A DNA stretch of 64,000 nucleotides from NCBI GenBank assembly GCA_022340645.1, contig JAJDNP010000153.1, positions 6,422 through 70,421 of the forward strand, read 5' to 3'. Source of the stretch: Gammaproteobacteria bacterium. Its GTDB lineage: Bacteria; Pseudomonadota; Gammaproteobacteria; SZUA-229. The position numbers and the translations under genes are program-made. Positions 1 to 9,519 of the stretch are shown piece by piece; the first letter of the stretch is position 1, and the number at the start of each line of letters is the position of its first letter. The notes under the pieces are model-generated. The model saw nothing but the letters and a program-made list of their open reading frames with translations, ran no database searches and had not been told where the DNA came from.

Positions 1-616
1 GCGCCTGCCGCATCATGGTGGCAACGACTCTATCGCCGATGACGAAACAGCGAATATCAGCGCCGCCGGCTTCTTTTATATATTCCTGCACCATGATGTG
101 GGCTTTTAGTCCCATAAAGGCCTCGATAACACTTTCCGCGGCTTTTTTAGTTTCAGCCAGGACTACGCCGATACCCTGGGTGCCTTCAAGTAATTTGATG
201 ACCAGCGGCGCGCCGCCGACCATCTTAATCAAGTCCTGAATATCATCAGGGTCATGCGCGAAACCCGTGCTGGGCAGGCCGACGCCTTTTCTGGAGAGCA
301 GCTGTAAAGAACGGAGTTTGTCACGCGAGCGCGTTATGGCAACCGACTCGTTCAGCGGGAAGGCTCCCATCATTTCAAACTGTCTCAGCACCGCCGTGCC
401 ATAGAAAGTTACCGACGCGCCAATGCGGGGGATAACCGCATCGAATGAAGTAAGTGCTTCGCCTTTAAAATGCACCTCGGGTTTGCTGGGCACCACTTCC
501 ATGTAGCAGCGCAGCACATCAAGCACCATGGGTTCGTGGCCACGTTGTCCACAAGCTTCTATCAGGCGTCGTGTTGAATAGAGGTTTTTATTACGCGATA
601 AAATTGCGATCTTCAT
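1..616 (-). CDS. rimK: Ribosomal protein S6--L-glutamate ligase RimK (ATP-grasp), 3' part runs off window start
   Basis: Reverse-strand translation from ATG (complement of 614-616) gives [35 protein letters not shown]...[33 protein letters not shown], typical RimK N-terminal/ATP-grasp sequence; GAGGA Shine-Dalgarno upstream; no stop before position 1 so gene is truncated by the window. Confidence 0.85.
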   Translation of the reverse strand, partial: MKIAILSRNKNLYSTRRLIEACGQRGHEPMVLDVLRCYMEVVPSKPEVHFKGEALTSFDAVIPRIGASVTFYGTAVLRQFEMMGAFPLNESVAITRSRDKLRSLQLLSRKGVGLPSTGFAHDPDDIQDLIKMVGGAPLVIKLLEGTQGIGVVLAETKKAAESVIEAFMGLKAHIMVQEYIKEAGGADIRCFVIGDRVVATMMRQA

Positions 617-638
617 TTTATACAGTCCTCTTATTTAT

Positions 639-1085
639 TTAGGTTTTATTATCTAAACCACCGGACAAAAATGACTTGGCGGGATCGACGATTATTTTGT
701 TTTCCATCGCGGTGCGTCCTAACAGCATGCGAAACAGCATGGTATCCCTGTTGGTCAGCGTGATTTCGATCGGCCAGCGTTGACCTGCTATTACCAGGTC
801 AGTGGTGATTACATAACGTTCTTCTGTGTGGCCGCCGGAATCCGTTACCGGGCGTTTATCGAGAACTTCAGCTTCACAGTACACTTCTGTTGCATTATCA
901 TCCTGGTGTGGATGAATGCCAAAACGCACCCATTCTTTGTCGTGTTTTTCAAATTTCTCAACTGAAAAGGCATGCAGGCAGGATGTTCTGGCGCCGGTAT
1001 CTATTTTTGCCTTGATTGCGGGCAAGCCTAACTCGGGCAATAAAACCCACTCTCGCCAGCCGACGGTTATTGATGCTGTTGCCAT
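639..1085 (-). CDS. RimB-like retropepsin-fold 'ATP-dependent zinc protease' family protein (DUF785) commonly paired with RimK
   Basis: 148-aa ORF immediately upstream of rimK on same strand; sequence (IDTGARTSCLH ... ) matches the RimK-associated aspartyl/zinc protease family; gene pair arrangement conserved (established knowledge). Confidence 0.7.
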   Translation of the reverse strand: MATASITVGWREWVLLPELGLPAIKAKIDTGARTSCLHAFSVEKFEKHDKEWVRFGIHPHQDDNATEVYCEAEVLDKRPVTDSGGHTEERYVITTDLVIAGQRWPIEITLTNRDTMLFRMLLGRTAMENKIIVDPAKSFLSGGLDNKT

Positions 1086-1215
1086 AAAAACTGTTGTTAT
1101 TCAGAAAAGTAACAGACTAACTGTTCTAACACACATGATTCATTATATCTAAAATAAACAGCGTCAGCTATTGCCAGCATCAGGATCTTGCGATATGGCT
1201 CGATGACTGGTGTGG

Positions 1216-2598
1216 TCAGAGCAGGAACAGCGTGGCCAGTCCAAGAAAGCTGAGAAAGCCAATAATGTCGGTAACAGTGGTGAGGATAACTGCACCGGAG
1301 AGCGCCGGGTCGATGCCCCAGCGGTGTAATAACAGCGGTATCGCGACACCCGAAAGCGCAGCGGCCAGCAGGTTCAGTATCATGGCGACACCGAGAATCA
1401 TGGCAATGCCCGGATCACCAAACCATAGATAGGCCACCGCGGCGACGATGATCGACCAGACAACGCCATTGGTGGCGCCGACGAGAAATTCTTTTGTTGT
1501 TAACCAGCGTATGTTAGCTGCTGCAATCTGGTCAAGCGCCAGGCCGCGGATAGTCAGGGTCAGTGTCTGGCTGCCGGCGATGCCGCCCATGCTGGCAACA
1601 ACAGGCATAAGCACGGCCAGCGCCACTATCTTGTCCAGCGCTTCTTCGAAGCGTCCGATTACCCAGGCAGCGGCGAACACGGTGATCAGGTTGATGCCGA
1701 GCCAGATACCACGGCGCATGGCGCTGGGCAGCACCGGCGCAAACATGTCTTCATCCTCTGACAGACCGGCGCTGTGTAACAGGGCGCGTTCAGATTCTTC
1801 ACGGATGACATCGACCACATCGTCAATGGTGATGCGGCCGAGCAACAGCCCGTCATCATTTACCACCGCAACCGAGATGAGGTCCCGGTCCTCAAAGATG
1901 GCCGCAACGTCGTGTTCACTCATGGTGGCATTAATTGAAGTGGTGTCCGGGTGCATTAATGTTGCCACCAGTTCATCAGGGTCGCCGGTCAATATGTCGG
2001 AGATTTCGATCTTGCCAATATAATGGTCCGTTTCATCGATGACCATCAGGCTGTCAGTATACGGCGGCAATTTTTTGTGCAGGCGCAGCCAGCGCAGCAC
2101 CACCGCGAGAGAGACGTCCGGCCTGACACTGATAACATCCCTGCTCATCAATCGGCCGGCACTGTCCTCCTCAAAGTTGAGGACGAACTCTAGCCGGCTG
2201 CGGTAATCATTATCCAGGGCTTCAAGTAATGCCTCAATTCGCTTCTGCGGCAGGTCGTCGATAATCTCCGCCAGGTCTTCCGGATCCATCGCTTCGGCGG
2301 CAGCAAGCAGCTCGCCTTCTTCCATGCCGCCAATGACACTGTCACGTGCGTCATCGTGCATGTGAGTGAGAATCTCTGCCTCCTGGTCTTCGGGAACAGC
2401 TTCCCACACAACAGCACGATGTTCCTGTGGCAATGACTCAATCAGGTTGGCGACAACAGCAGGGTGGGCTTCTTCCAGGGTGCTCGCTATGGTTTCATGA
2501 TTACCGGCATCTATGTCAGCTACAATCTGGTTCAACAGATCAATACTGTCTGTCTCTTCCTGAATTTCTGTATTTTGTGACTCTGTCGGAATATTCAT
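1216..2598 (-). CDS. mgtE: Magnesium transporter MgtE (N-terminal MgtE-N, CBS pair, C-terminal 5-TM channel)
   Basis: 460-aa ORF, ATG start; acidic N-domain, CBS-like middle (RLMSRDVISVRPD..., ISVAVVNDDGLLLGRITIDDVVDVIREE) and hydrophobic C-terminus with GIAGSQ / TDIIGF motifs characteristic of MgtE. Confidence 0.9.
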   Translation of the reverse strand: MNIPTESQNTEIQEETDSIDLLNQIVADIDAGNHETIASTLEEAHPAVVANLIESLPQEHRAVVWEAVPEDQEAEILTHMHDDARDSVIGGMEEGELLAAAEAMDPEDLAEIIDDLPQKRIEALLEALDNDYRSRLEFVLNFEEDSAGRLMSRDVISVRPDVSLAVVLRWLRLHKKLPPYTDSLMVIDETDHYIGKIEISDILTGDPDELVATLMHPDTTSINATMSEHDVAAIFEDRDLISVAVVNDDGLLLGRITIDDVVDVIREESERALLHSAGLSEDEDMFAPVLPSAMRRGIWLGINLITVFAAAWVIGRFEEALDKIVALAVLMPVVASMGGIAGSQTLTLTIRGLALDQIAAANIRWLTTKEFLVGATNGVVWSIIVAAVAYLWFGDPGIAMILGVAMILNLLAAALSGVAIPLLLHRWGIDPALSGAVILTTVTDIIGFLSFLGLATLFLL

Positions 2599-2776
2599 TT
2601 CTGAGGTCTTTCGGATTAATCAGTCCTGTCAGCGTTTGTATCGCTATTGGCGGATACAAGTTTATCTGTATTAACCTGCCAGTCATCCGCGTATCACCAT
2701 CCGGTTTACCCGTTGCAGGTTTATCGTGTTACTATGGCTGCCGGCGTAAGATCGAGTATAACAGCACTAACAACGC

Positions 2777-3049
2777 TTACTCGTTATTTTGTTCATTCTC
2801 GCTGTTTTTATTGCCGTCACCGCTGCGCATGGCGCTAATGCCTTTCATGCGCTGCTTGTGTACGATGTCAAGTTCCTTCTGCAGCCGGTCGCGTTTGCGT
2901 TCATCGCCGGTGGTTTCGAGTTTTTGCTGCAATGCCTTCTCCCTGGATTTCAGTTCCTTGAGAATAGACTTGAGCTGTTTGCGGTGTTTCTTGCGTTTTT
3001 CGACAGCCGGATCAAGCAGGTCGCCAAGTTTATCAAGCAGTTTTTTCAT
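2777..3049 (-). CDS. Small lysine/arginine-rich coiled-coil hypothetical protein (~90 aa)
   Basis: ORF track gives 2777..3184 but that start overlaps the upstream Na/Pi gene by 150 nt; internal ATG at 3047-3049 (MKKLLDKLGDLL...) has GAGGA 11-15 nt upstream; product is highly charged (KKHRKQLKSILKELKSREKALQQKLETTGDERKRDRLQKEL). No family recognised. Confidence 0.4.
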   Translation of the reverse strand: MKKLLDKLGDLLDPAVEKRKKHRKQLKSILKELKSREKALQQKLETTGDERKRDRLQKELDIVHKQRMKGISAMRSGDGNKNSENEQNNE

Positions 3050-4901
3050 GCCCATCGGTTTCATCCTCGGATTGCAGTATAGTGTTTGTGCCGGTTGACA
3101 GGTTGCTGACATTATCCAGCTCATGTTCAGGATGTTCCTGGAGCGCATCATGTATCGCATGGGTAAGGTCGCTCTCTCTTTCAACGAACAGCGTCTGCGC
3201 GGCCGCTATCAGGTTCATTGATATATCGAAGGCGTAGCTGCTGTCGTTCATCAGCGACGAACCCATCTCTGGTGTGATCGAGCGTTTGCCCATCAGTGCT
3301 GACATCGCGCTGTTCAGTTTTTCCTGGTCTTCATTGACGACCAGCTTGAGCGCATCGAGCGAGGTCAGGTCGATAAAGCCGACTTCATCTGACTGGCGCA
3401 TTTCCTCCAGTTCGCGAATGATATAGGCGATCTGTGCGCGCACCATGTTATAGATACCGCGCATGTTCCTGTTGTCCGAATTGAGATAATGCAGCAGGTT
3501 CTTTTGCAGGTGCTTGGTGTCCTTTACCGCTTCGACAATGTTCTTGTTGGCATCGCGCAGCCAGTAGATTTTTGCCGTCCGTTCCTCCTCCCTGGAAAAA
3601 CTGGTCGTGCTGATAAAGGCGATGATTGCGCTGTAAATACCCTTGATGTGGCGCTCATAAACAGCATCAATATCGAGCCTGTGGATACGTCCCTGGGCGG
3701 AAGCGGCCTGCATTAGATCACTTTCCGAATATACCTCCGCCTTTTTGAAGCCGAGGGCGTCAATAATGATGCGTAACGCGGCATCGTATACACGCATTGT
3801 CTCCAGGCGCAGGGCCTCGATCGCGGTGTCGGGAAACTCGGATGAAGACGCGTTGAGGTATTTGGGCTGGTCAACCTCGGGTTTCTTTTCCGGAATGAGC
3901 CTTTCCAGCGAGGTCACCATCAGGCCGATAAAAGGCAGCATGACGGTGATGCCGAGCAGGTTGAAGATACTATGAAATACCGCAAGCTTCAGGGTATAGT
4001 CATCAGCCGCGATGCCGATATCAGCGGCGATCCAGTTGATGAGTTCGATGAGTTGATAAATCAGTATTATTGCGATTAAGCCGGTGACGGCGTTGAACAG
4101 AAGATGTGCAGCGGCGAGGCGTTTACCCGCTTCATTCGCGCTCATCGAGCCGAGAATCGCGGTAATGGTGGTGCCGACATTGGCGCCGATGGCAAGTGCC
4201 AGCGCATTCTCGTAGGTAATCTGGCCAGCCGCCAGCGCGGTAATGATCAGTACCAGCGTGGCATGGCTGGACTGCATAACCACGGTTGCAAACACACCGA
4301 CCGCGGTGAACAGGAAAAGGCCCGGGTATCCGCCAACGGCGAATTTCGACAGATCAATGGTGGCCTTGAACGACTCGAAACCTTCCTTCATGAAGTGGAT
4401 ACCGAGAAACAGAAAGCCCAGGCCGGCAAGGATATAACCAAATCCCTTTAGTGCTTTGGAAGACTGAAAAATCAGGATAACACCGAATGCCAGCATTGGC
4501 ATCGCATAAGCGGCGATATCGACCTTCAGACCGAAGCCGGCGATCAGCCATGCACCGGTGGTGGTGCCAAGGTTGGCGCCGAAGATGATGCCGATGCCGG
4601 CGCTGAGAGTGATCAGTCCCGCACTGAGGAACGAGATAGTAATAACGGAAACCAGCGAGCTCGATTGCATCGCAGTGGTGGACACGATGCCGAATAGCAG
4701 GCTTTTCCATGTGCTTGAGGTCGTGCGCCGCAACAGACGCTCAAGTGTGCCGCCGGTGAAAGACCGGAAACCTTCCTCCAGTGAAAGCATGCCAAACAGA
4801 AATATGGCAACGCCGGCGGAAATTGCCTTGAAGTCAGGGCTGATCCAGAAGCCCCAGGCAAGGATCAGCAGCATGGTTGGCAAAAGTATATTTTTTAACA
4901 T
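3033..4901 (-). CDS. Na+/phosphate cotransporter II-related family protein (YjbB/NptA-like) with C-terminal PhoU-like domain
   Basis: 622-aa ORF, ATG start; N-terminal half polytopic membrane with duplicated GANLGTT / GANVGTT motifs typical of Na/Pi-cotransporter family, C-terminal soluble alpha-helical half as in YjbB. Confidence 0.8.
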   Translation of the reverse strand: MLKNILLPTMLLILAWGFWISPDFKAISAGVAIFLFGMLSLEEGFRSFTGGTLERLLRRTTSSTWKSLLFGIVSTTAMQSSSLVSVITISFLSAGLITLSAGIGIIFGANLGTTTGAWLIAGFGLKVDIAAYAMPMLAFGVILIFQSSKALKGFGYILAGLGFLFLGIHFMKEGFESFKATIDLSKFAVGGYPGLFLFTAVGVFATVVMQSSHATLVLIITALAAGQITYENALALAIGANVGTTITAILGSMSANEAGKRLAAAHLLFNAVTGLIAIILIYQLIELINWIAADIGIAADDYTLKLAVFHSIFNLLGITVMLPFIGLMVTSLERLIPEKKPEVDQPKYLNASSSEFPDTAIEALRLETMRVYDAALRIIIDALGFKKAEVYSESDLMQAASAQGRIHRLDIDAVYERHIKGIYSAIIAFISTTSFSREEERTAKIYWLRDANKNIVEAVKDTKHLQKNLLHYLNSDNRNMRGIYNMVRAQIAYIIRELEEMRQSDEVGFIDLTSLDALKLVVNEDQEKLNSAMSALMGKRSITPEMGSSLMNDSSYAFDISMNLIAAAQTLFVERESDLTHAIHDALQEHPEHELDNVSNLSTGTNTILQSEDETDGHEKTA

Positions 4902-5065
4902 GACTAATTATATATTGAAAATGAGACGATATTTGCGTCTGTCTTTACCGCGTGAGTTCGGTAAGGTCACAGGCTGTCGGCAGCGAGATGTTTCACTGTT
5001 TCATCACCGCTGCTGAATTTGACTGTGATAAGAGCCTGGTACTAGCAGCTATTGATCCCTCAAAG

Positions 5066-6382
5066 CTAAGCCTCTCCTGTAGCAAGTCCTTCTTCGAGGC
5101 GGATAAAGTTTTCCAGTTTCACATGAGTAAGGTCAACACGTGTGAAAAATGCATTGCAGGCAAGCACCGAAGCCAGGGTGCGCAAATCGCTTGCCCAGTG
5201 TGGTATATAGTGCGCGCCAACAAGAAAACCGGTTTCAAAATAACTCGCCAGCTCGACGACATCGCCAAGACTCATTCTTCCCGCGAATAAAGCATTTACC
5301 AGTTCAGGGCGGTTGTCATGGATTGCGACAGCGAGAAAAGCATGAACTTCCATCAATCCTTTCAGGTAGACTGTGTCCTTGGTAAAAACACTTCCGCCTT
5401 TGACATCGCCTCCGCGAAAACAGCGCACGGTTGACTGGTAACTTTCTTCTTCAGTTTGTCCTGCCTCTAAAAAGCTTTTGAATATATCGATAAAATCAGC
5501 ACCGTCGAGCGCCATGGCGATTGCCTTAACGCGTAAAGCAATGCGGCGTAAGCGTACAATATCAAGTGCAAGTGTCAGCAGCTCTGCCATAACAGCAATG
5601 CCTTCCTGGGCGCGGGTTGTGCGTGGTGCGCCTAAAGAGAGGATTTGCAAATTGCGCTGTCGTTTACCGTTATGCATGGTAGCTGCATGGATATGCGCTT
5701 CGTGCTCTAACAGCTGGTTCAGGTCCAGTTCTGAAAACATGGCGCCAGCTCGTAAGCGCACACGGCTTGATCCGGCAATTGCCCTGGCTGAAAGGCCTGC
5801 ATCGATAATAACTGAAACCTTGTCGTCTACGAAAAAATCATCTATCGACTTTTGCAGCCTTTCCGCAAACACCTCAACCGGAATGTCAGCCACGGTGGGT
5901 GGCACCACGTAACCGCCTAACAGCTCATCTGTTTTACGCAGGAAAAAATCTGCGGCGTCCAGCGCGGTCCAGTCCTGTGTTTTATATACATCATTTGGTT
6001 TACCGTAGAGCTCGATGGAATATCTGGTAAAGTCAGGTGTGCCGATTGCGCCAAGCATGCGCGCAGCAGACGAGTAACTGCGGGCAGTCTTGTAAATCAG
6101 GTTATCCAGGGGATGTGAGCGGTCACAGTGAGTCTGTATATAATTTAATACTTCAACTTGTTTACTGTAATCCTGCTGCTCAAGGTGTACCACGGGCAGT
6201 TCAGGTTTGCCGGCGCGCCATGATTCAAGAAATTTAGTTTCCACTCCCGCTGGCCACGAAAGTGCACCGAGTATTTTAATTGGCTGAACAGTTTGAACCA
6301 GCAGGGCATCCTGTTCGGTGACCTTGCTAAGACGTGAAGTATTCACTATAGGCTGACCATTGTTAATGCAAAATGTCATCAT
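5066..6382 (-). CDS. DUF1704 'flavohemoglobin expression-modulating QEGLA motif' family protein
   Basis: ~438-aa product containing the RAQEGIAV segment (QEG(L/I)A signature) and overall length/fold of TIGR02421-type proteins; ORF track start at 6388 is a GTG, first in-frame ATGs at 6382/6379. Confidence 0.65.
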   Translation of the reverse strand: MMTFCINNGQPIVNTSRLSKVTEQDALLVQTVQPIKILGALSWPAGVETKFLESWRAGKPELPVVHLEQQDYSKQVEVLNYIQTHCDRSHPLDNLIYKTARSYSSAARMLGAIGTPDFTRYSIELYGKPNDVYKTQDWTALDAADFFLRKTDELLGGYVVPPTVADIPVEVFAERLQKSIDDFFVDDKVSVIIDAGLSARAIAGSSRVRLRAGAMFSELDLNQLLEHEAHIHAATMHNGKRQRNLQILSLGAPRTTRAQEGIAVMAELLTLALDIVRLRRIALRVKAIAMALDGADFIDIFKSFLEAGQTEEESYQSTVRCFRGGDVKGGSVFTKDTVYLKGLMEVHAFLAVAIHDNRPELVNALFAGRMSLGDVVELASYFETGFLVGAHYIPHWASDLRTLASVLACNAFFTRVDLTHVKLENFIRLEEGLATGEA

Positions 6383-6523
6383 ATACACTTTTATTGAGTA
6401 GTGTCACTAAATCAATGCCAGCATTACAATCAAATAATTTGATTGTTTTAATCATTTTATATTGTTTGACAGTAAAAAAAGCTTTTACTAGCATTTGCGA
6501 AATTCGACTCTGAACAGAAAATA

Positions 6524-7015
6524 ATGCTAGTAGAACGCTCGGCAAAATTAACGGATCTTGGCTTTATCAACAGCTGTATTCTGTATGGCGCAAGAAAAGG
6601 CCATTACTCATTCAATGCTGAAAATCCGGAGATGGTTAAGGCCATGAAAAGTGAAACCCGGTCTGTCATAAGTGATGGCCTGCTGTCTGATAAAAGGCGC
6701 GCCAGCGCTTCGGTTTTTACACTGCAGCATGACCGTGTCGGCATGTTGATTATGTGCGAGGCGATGCCAGACTCCAGGGCTTACGAAATATATGCACTGT
6801 CTGTCGCAAAAAATCATCAGCATAAAGGTTTCGGTCGCCAGATACTTGACCGTCTTTTGGAGCACTTTATATATCATGATGTTCATGCGCGGTGCATGCC
6901 GGTATCTGAAACGATGAAGAAGTTGCTTCAATGCCGCGGCTTTGTGTTTTATAGTGAAGATGGCGGCTTCGAGACTTATGTTAAGCCAGGTTTTGACACT
7001 TGCAATGTCGCTTAA
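6524..7015 (+). CDS. GNAT-family N-acetyltransferase
   Basis: 163-aa ORF with acetyl-CoA-binding motif-A-like segment (NHQHKGFGRQILDRLLE) in the expected position of a GNAT fold. Confidence 0.55.
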   Translation: MLVERSAKLTDLGFINSCILYGARKGHYSFNAENPEMVKAMKSETRSVISDGLLSDKRRASASVFTLQHDRVGMLIMCEAMPDSRAYEIYALSVAKNHQHKGFGRQILDRLLEHFIYHDVHARCMPVSETMKKLLQCRGFVFYSEDGGFETYVKPGFDTCNVA

Positions 7016-7274
7016 CCGGTGATATTAAGCTATTGACACTATAGTAAAAAAATATTAAATAATTATCTAGTAATGTCCCTTTAAGAGGACAAATTGATAC
7101 CCCCGGTTAATCAGGCCGGGGCTTGTAAATTTTGATGCAGGCAATGGAGCTTTTGCTGAAGACATTTTCCCGAAGTGGACTATTATACAGGATGCAAGCG
7201 GGACAGAAATGTCCCACCCTGGCTGAATGCCGCCAGGGGATTAGTAACCAGATAATACAGCGAGTGGTTTCATT

Positions 7275-7538
7275 ATGACCAAGAAAAATTCAACCGATAA
7301 TGATGATGATTTTGAAGACATCGACAACGATGATTTTTATGATGAATTTGACGAACTGGATTTCAAAAAATCATCTCCTAAATCATCAAATGCACGCCGT
7401 CGTCATGAGCAGTTAAAAGAAGATAGACGGCTGGAACGAATGATTAACGGTGACATGGATGAGTATGATGACTTCGAGGATGACGCTTTTATCAATGATT
7501 ATGAAGATTTAAATGATTTTGATGATTTATATGAATAA
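7275..7538 (+). CDS. Small extremely acidic protein (87 aa; about 40 of 87 residues are Asp/Glu by eye) with aromatic-acidic repeats flanking a basic helix
   Basis: ATG start; sequence MTKKNSTDNDDDFEDIDNDDFYDEFDELDF-KKSSPKSSNARRRHEQLKEDRRLER-MINGDMDEYDDFEDDAFINDYEDLNDFDDLYE; consensus-like promoter (TTGACA-N17-TAAATA) ~240 bp upstream at 7034-7063. Confidence 0.5.
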   Translation: MTKKNSTDNDDDFEDIDNDDFYDEFDELDFKKSSPKSSNARRRHEQLKEDRRLERMINGDMDEYDDFEDDAFINDYEDLNDFDDLYE

Positions 7539-7942
7539 TATTCATCTCGAAGCATCTAACCGGCCTGTCATTGTCTCACGTTAGTTACTCACCGCATAGT
7601 ATATTGGCGCCGCTGGCCTGTTGCGCGAGTAGGGCACTACTTTCTCATTCGAATTTCGCTAGCAGAATGGATTCCCGGTAAAAAGATATTCATATTGTGT
7701 ACTGGTAAACGATAACGATAAACAGCGCATAAATAACACCGGTAGCAAACATTCCTTTCGGCTAGCGGCCAGCTAATATCAGCACAGGTTATACCGGCTT
7801 TATTTTCCCTGTTTATTGCCGGCCGGGAATGGCTATTCCCCGCGTGGGCGCGGGTCCTGCAGGAACGAGATGAAATATACTGTAGGAACAGCCCTCGGCC
7901 GGGAATGCCTGCTCCAAACATCCTGAATAGCGAGGGTTTACG

Positions 7943-9235
7943 ATGACAGATAATGCAGTTTTGATGGTCGATGGTCAGACAATTGAATTACCGATCGTCG
8001 AGGGCGCCGAGGGCGAAAGATCAATCGATATAACCGCACTGCGCGCGCAAACCGGGCTGACCAGTTATGATCCCGGCCTGGTAAATACCTCGATATGCAA
8101 AAGTGCCATAACTTATATTGATGGTGATAAAGGCGTTCTTCGATACCGCGGCATACCTGTCGAGCAGTTTACCGTTCAGCCGCAACCCAACTTCGTTGAA
8201 GTTGTCTGGCTGCTGATATTCGGCAACTTGCCGAGCCGGGAGGAACTGAAAATATTTCGTGATATGTTAACGTCCCATGAACTGCTTCATGAAGATGTCA
8301 AGGACCAGTTCCAGCATATCCCGGCAGATGCGCCGCCGATGGCGATATTATCAGCAACGCTTAACCACCTGGCCTGTGTGTATCGAAAATACCTGGTGGT
8401 GGATGATCCTGAGCGGCTGCTCGAGGTTATAGCAAGCCTGATCAGCCAGGTACGCACCATTGCCGCATTTTCATACCGGCGGTCAAAAGGGCTGCCGTTC
8501 ATTTATCCCAATCCGAATCTGCGTTACTGTGCAAACTTCCTGCACATGATGTTTTCATCGCCCTACCAGCAATACATTATTTCCCCGGAGGTAGAGGATG
8601 CCCTGAATCTGATATTTATCCTGCATGCCGATCACGAGCAGAACTGCAGTACCACCACGGTGCGCGCCGTCGGCTCCGCCAGGGCAAACCTGTTTGCTTC
8701 CTGTGCAGCCGGGGTGTCGGCTTTATGGGGGCCATTGCATGGCGGCGCAAACGTGGAAGTCGTGGAGATGCTGGAGCGCATACACAAAGGCGGGCTGTCG
8801 CCTGCGCAATGTATCCGTGATGCCAGGGACAAAAATAATCCGTTCCGCCTTTCCGGTTTTGGTCACCGTATCTACCGCAACTTTGATCCGCGCGCGAAAA
8901 TACTGAAACAGGCCTGCGACAGGGTGCTGCAAATCACCGGGCAGCGAGATCCGCTGCTGGATATCGCCTTTGAACTGGAAGAACTGGCGCTGAATGATGA
9001 CTATTTTATCGAACGCAAGTTATATCCGAACGTGGATTTCTATAGCGGTATCCTGCTGCGTACCATAGGTATACCGACCAACATGTTCACGGTATGTTTT
9101 GCCATCGGTCGGCTGCCTGGCTGGATAGCACACTGGAAGGAACAGAATGAAGAACAGGGCGGGCGAATTATCCGCCCCCGCCAGGTGTATGTGGGGAACA
9201 ATCTAAGCAGCTATGTACCGATGGAAGACAGATAA
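7943..9235 (+). CDS. gltA: Citrate synthase (type II, hexameric Gram-negative type)
   Basis: 430-aa ORF, GAGGG SD; contains catalytic signature GFGHRIYRNFDPRA and conserved HADHEQN / His-His-Asp triad context; N-terminus typical of gltA. Confidence 0.95.
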   Translation: MTDNAVLMVDGQTIELPIVEGAEGERSIDITALRAQTGLTSYDPGLVNTSICKSAITYIDGDKGVLRYRGIPVEQFTVQPQPNFVEVVWLLIFGNLPSREELKIFRDMLTSHELLHEDVKDQFQHIPADAPPMAILSATLNHLACVYRKYLVVDDPERLLEVIASLISQVRTIAAFSYRRSKGLPFIYPNPNLRYCANFLHMMFSSPYQQYIISPEVEDALNLIFILHADHEQNCSTTTVRAVGSARANLFASCAAGVSALWGPLHGGANVEVVEMLERIHKGGLSPAQCIRDARDKNNPFRLSGFGHRIYRNFDPRAKILKQACDRVLQITGQRDPLLDIAFELEELALNDDYFIERKLYPNVDFYSGILLRTIGIPTNMFTVCFAIGRLPGWIAHWKEQNEEQGGRIIRPRQVYVGNNLSSYVPMEDR

Positions 9236-9270
9236 CAGCCTGATCTGTTGCAGTTGTTTTTTCAAAGAAC

Positions 9271-9430
9271 AAACTTTTTATCCGCAAATGAACGCAAATA
9301 AACGCGAATAAAAACTATAGATTGTTAGTAATAGCTAAATCTTTGAGAATTCTCGGTATAACCAGTATTTTGATAAGTTTTAAAATTTTAAGGTTTCTCA
9401 TTAGCGTTTATTTGCGTTCATTTGCCGACC
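9271..9430. mobile_element. Miniature inverted-repeat element copy A (~158 bp, 24-bp terminal inverted repeats CCGCAAATGAACGCAAATAAACGC)
   Basis: Left end 9272-9300 tccgcaaatgaacgcaaataaacgcgaataaaaactatag; right end 9403-9428 gcgtttatttgcgttcatttgccg is its reverse complement; a second copy with the same termini at 24005-24163. Confidence 0.7.
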
Positions 9431-9519
9431 AATAAAGCTTTTCTGTTCGTTTTCCTGCGAATTCCTAACAGGGCGCTTGTTGATGTCTTTGTTTTAACTC
9501 TGGTCCCAAACAAAAAACT

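Noticed and set aside
1448-2023. 191-aa + strand ORF (and 1232..1432, 2190..2441) inside mgtE
   Set aside because: Antisense to a high-confidence MgtE gene; products are low-complexity Ser/Ala/Arg-rich, typical of out-of-frame GC-rich reading; no SD.
5478-5912. 144-aa + strand ORF inside the QEGLA gene
   Set aside because: Antisense, Ser/Ala/Arg-rich, overlapped fully by the longer conserved-family ORF.
7800-7910. Repeated GGCCGGGAATG(G/C)CT motif and CCCGCG-TGGG-CGCGGG hairpin upstream of gltA, considered as riboswitch/sRNA
   Set aside because: No match to any riboswitch class I can recall; only two short repeats; kept as unassigned leader structure, not reported as a feature.
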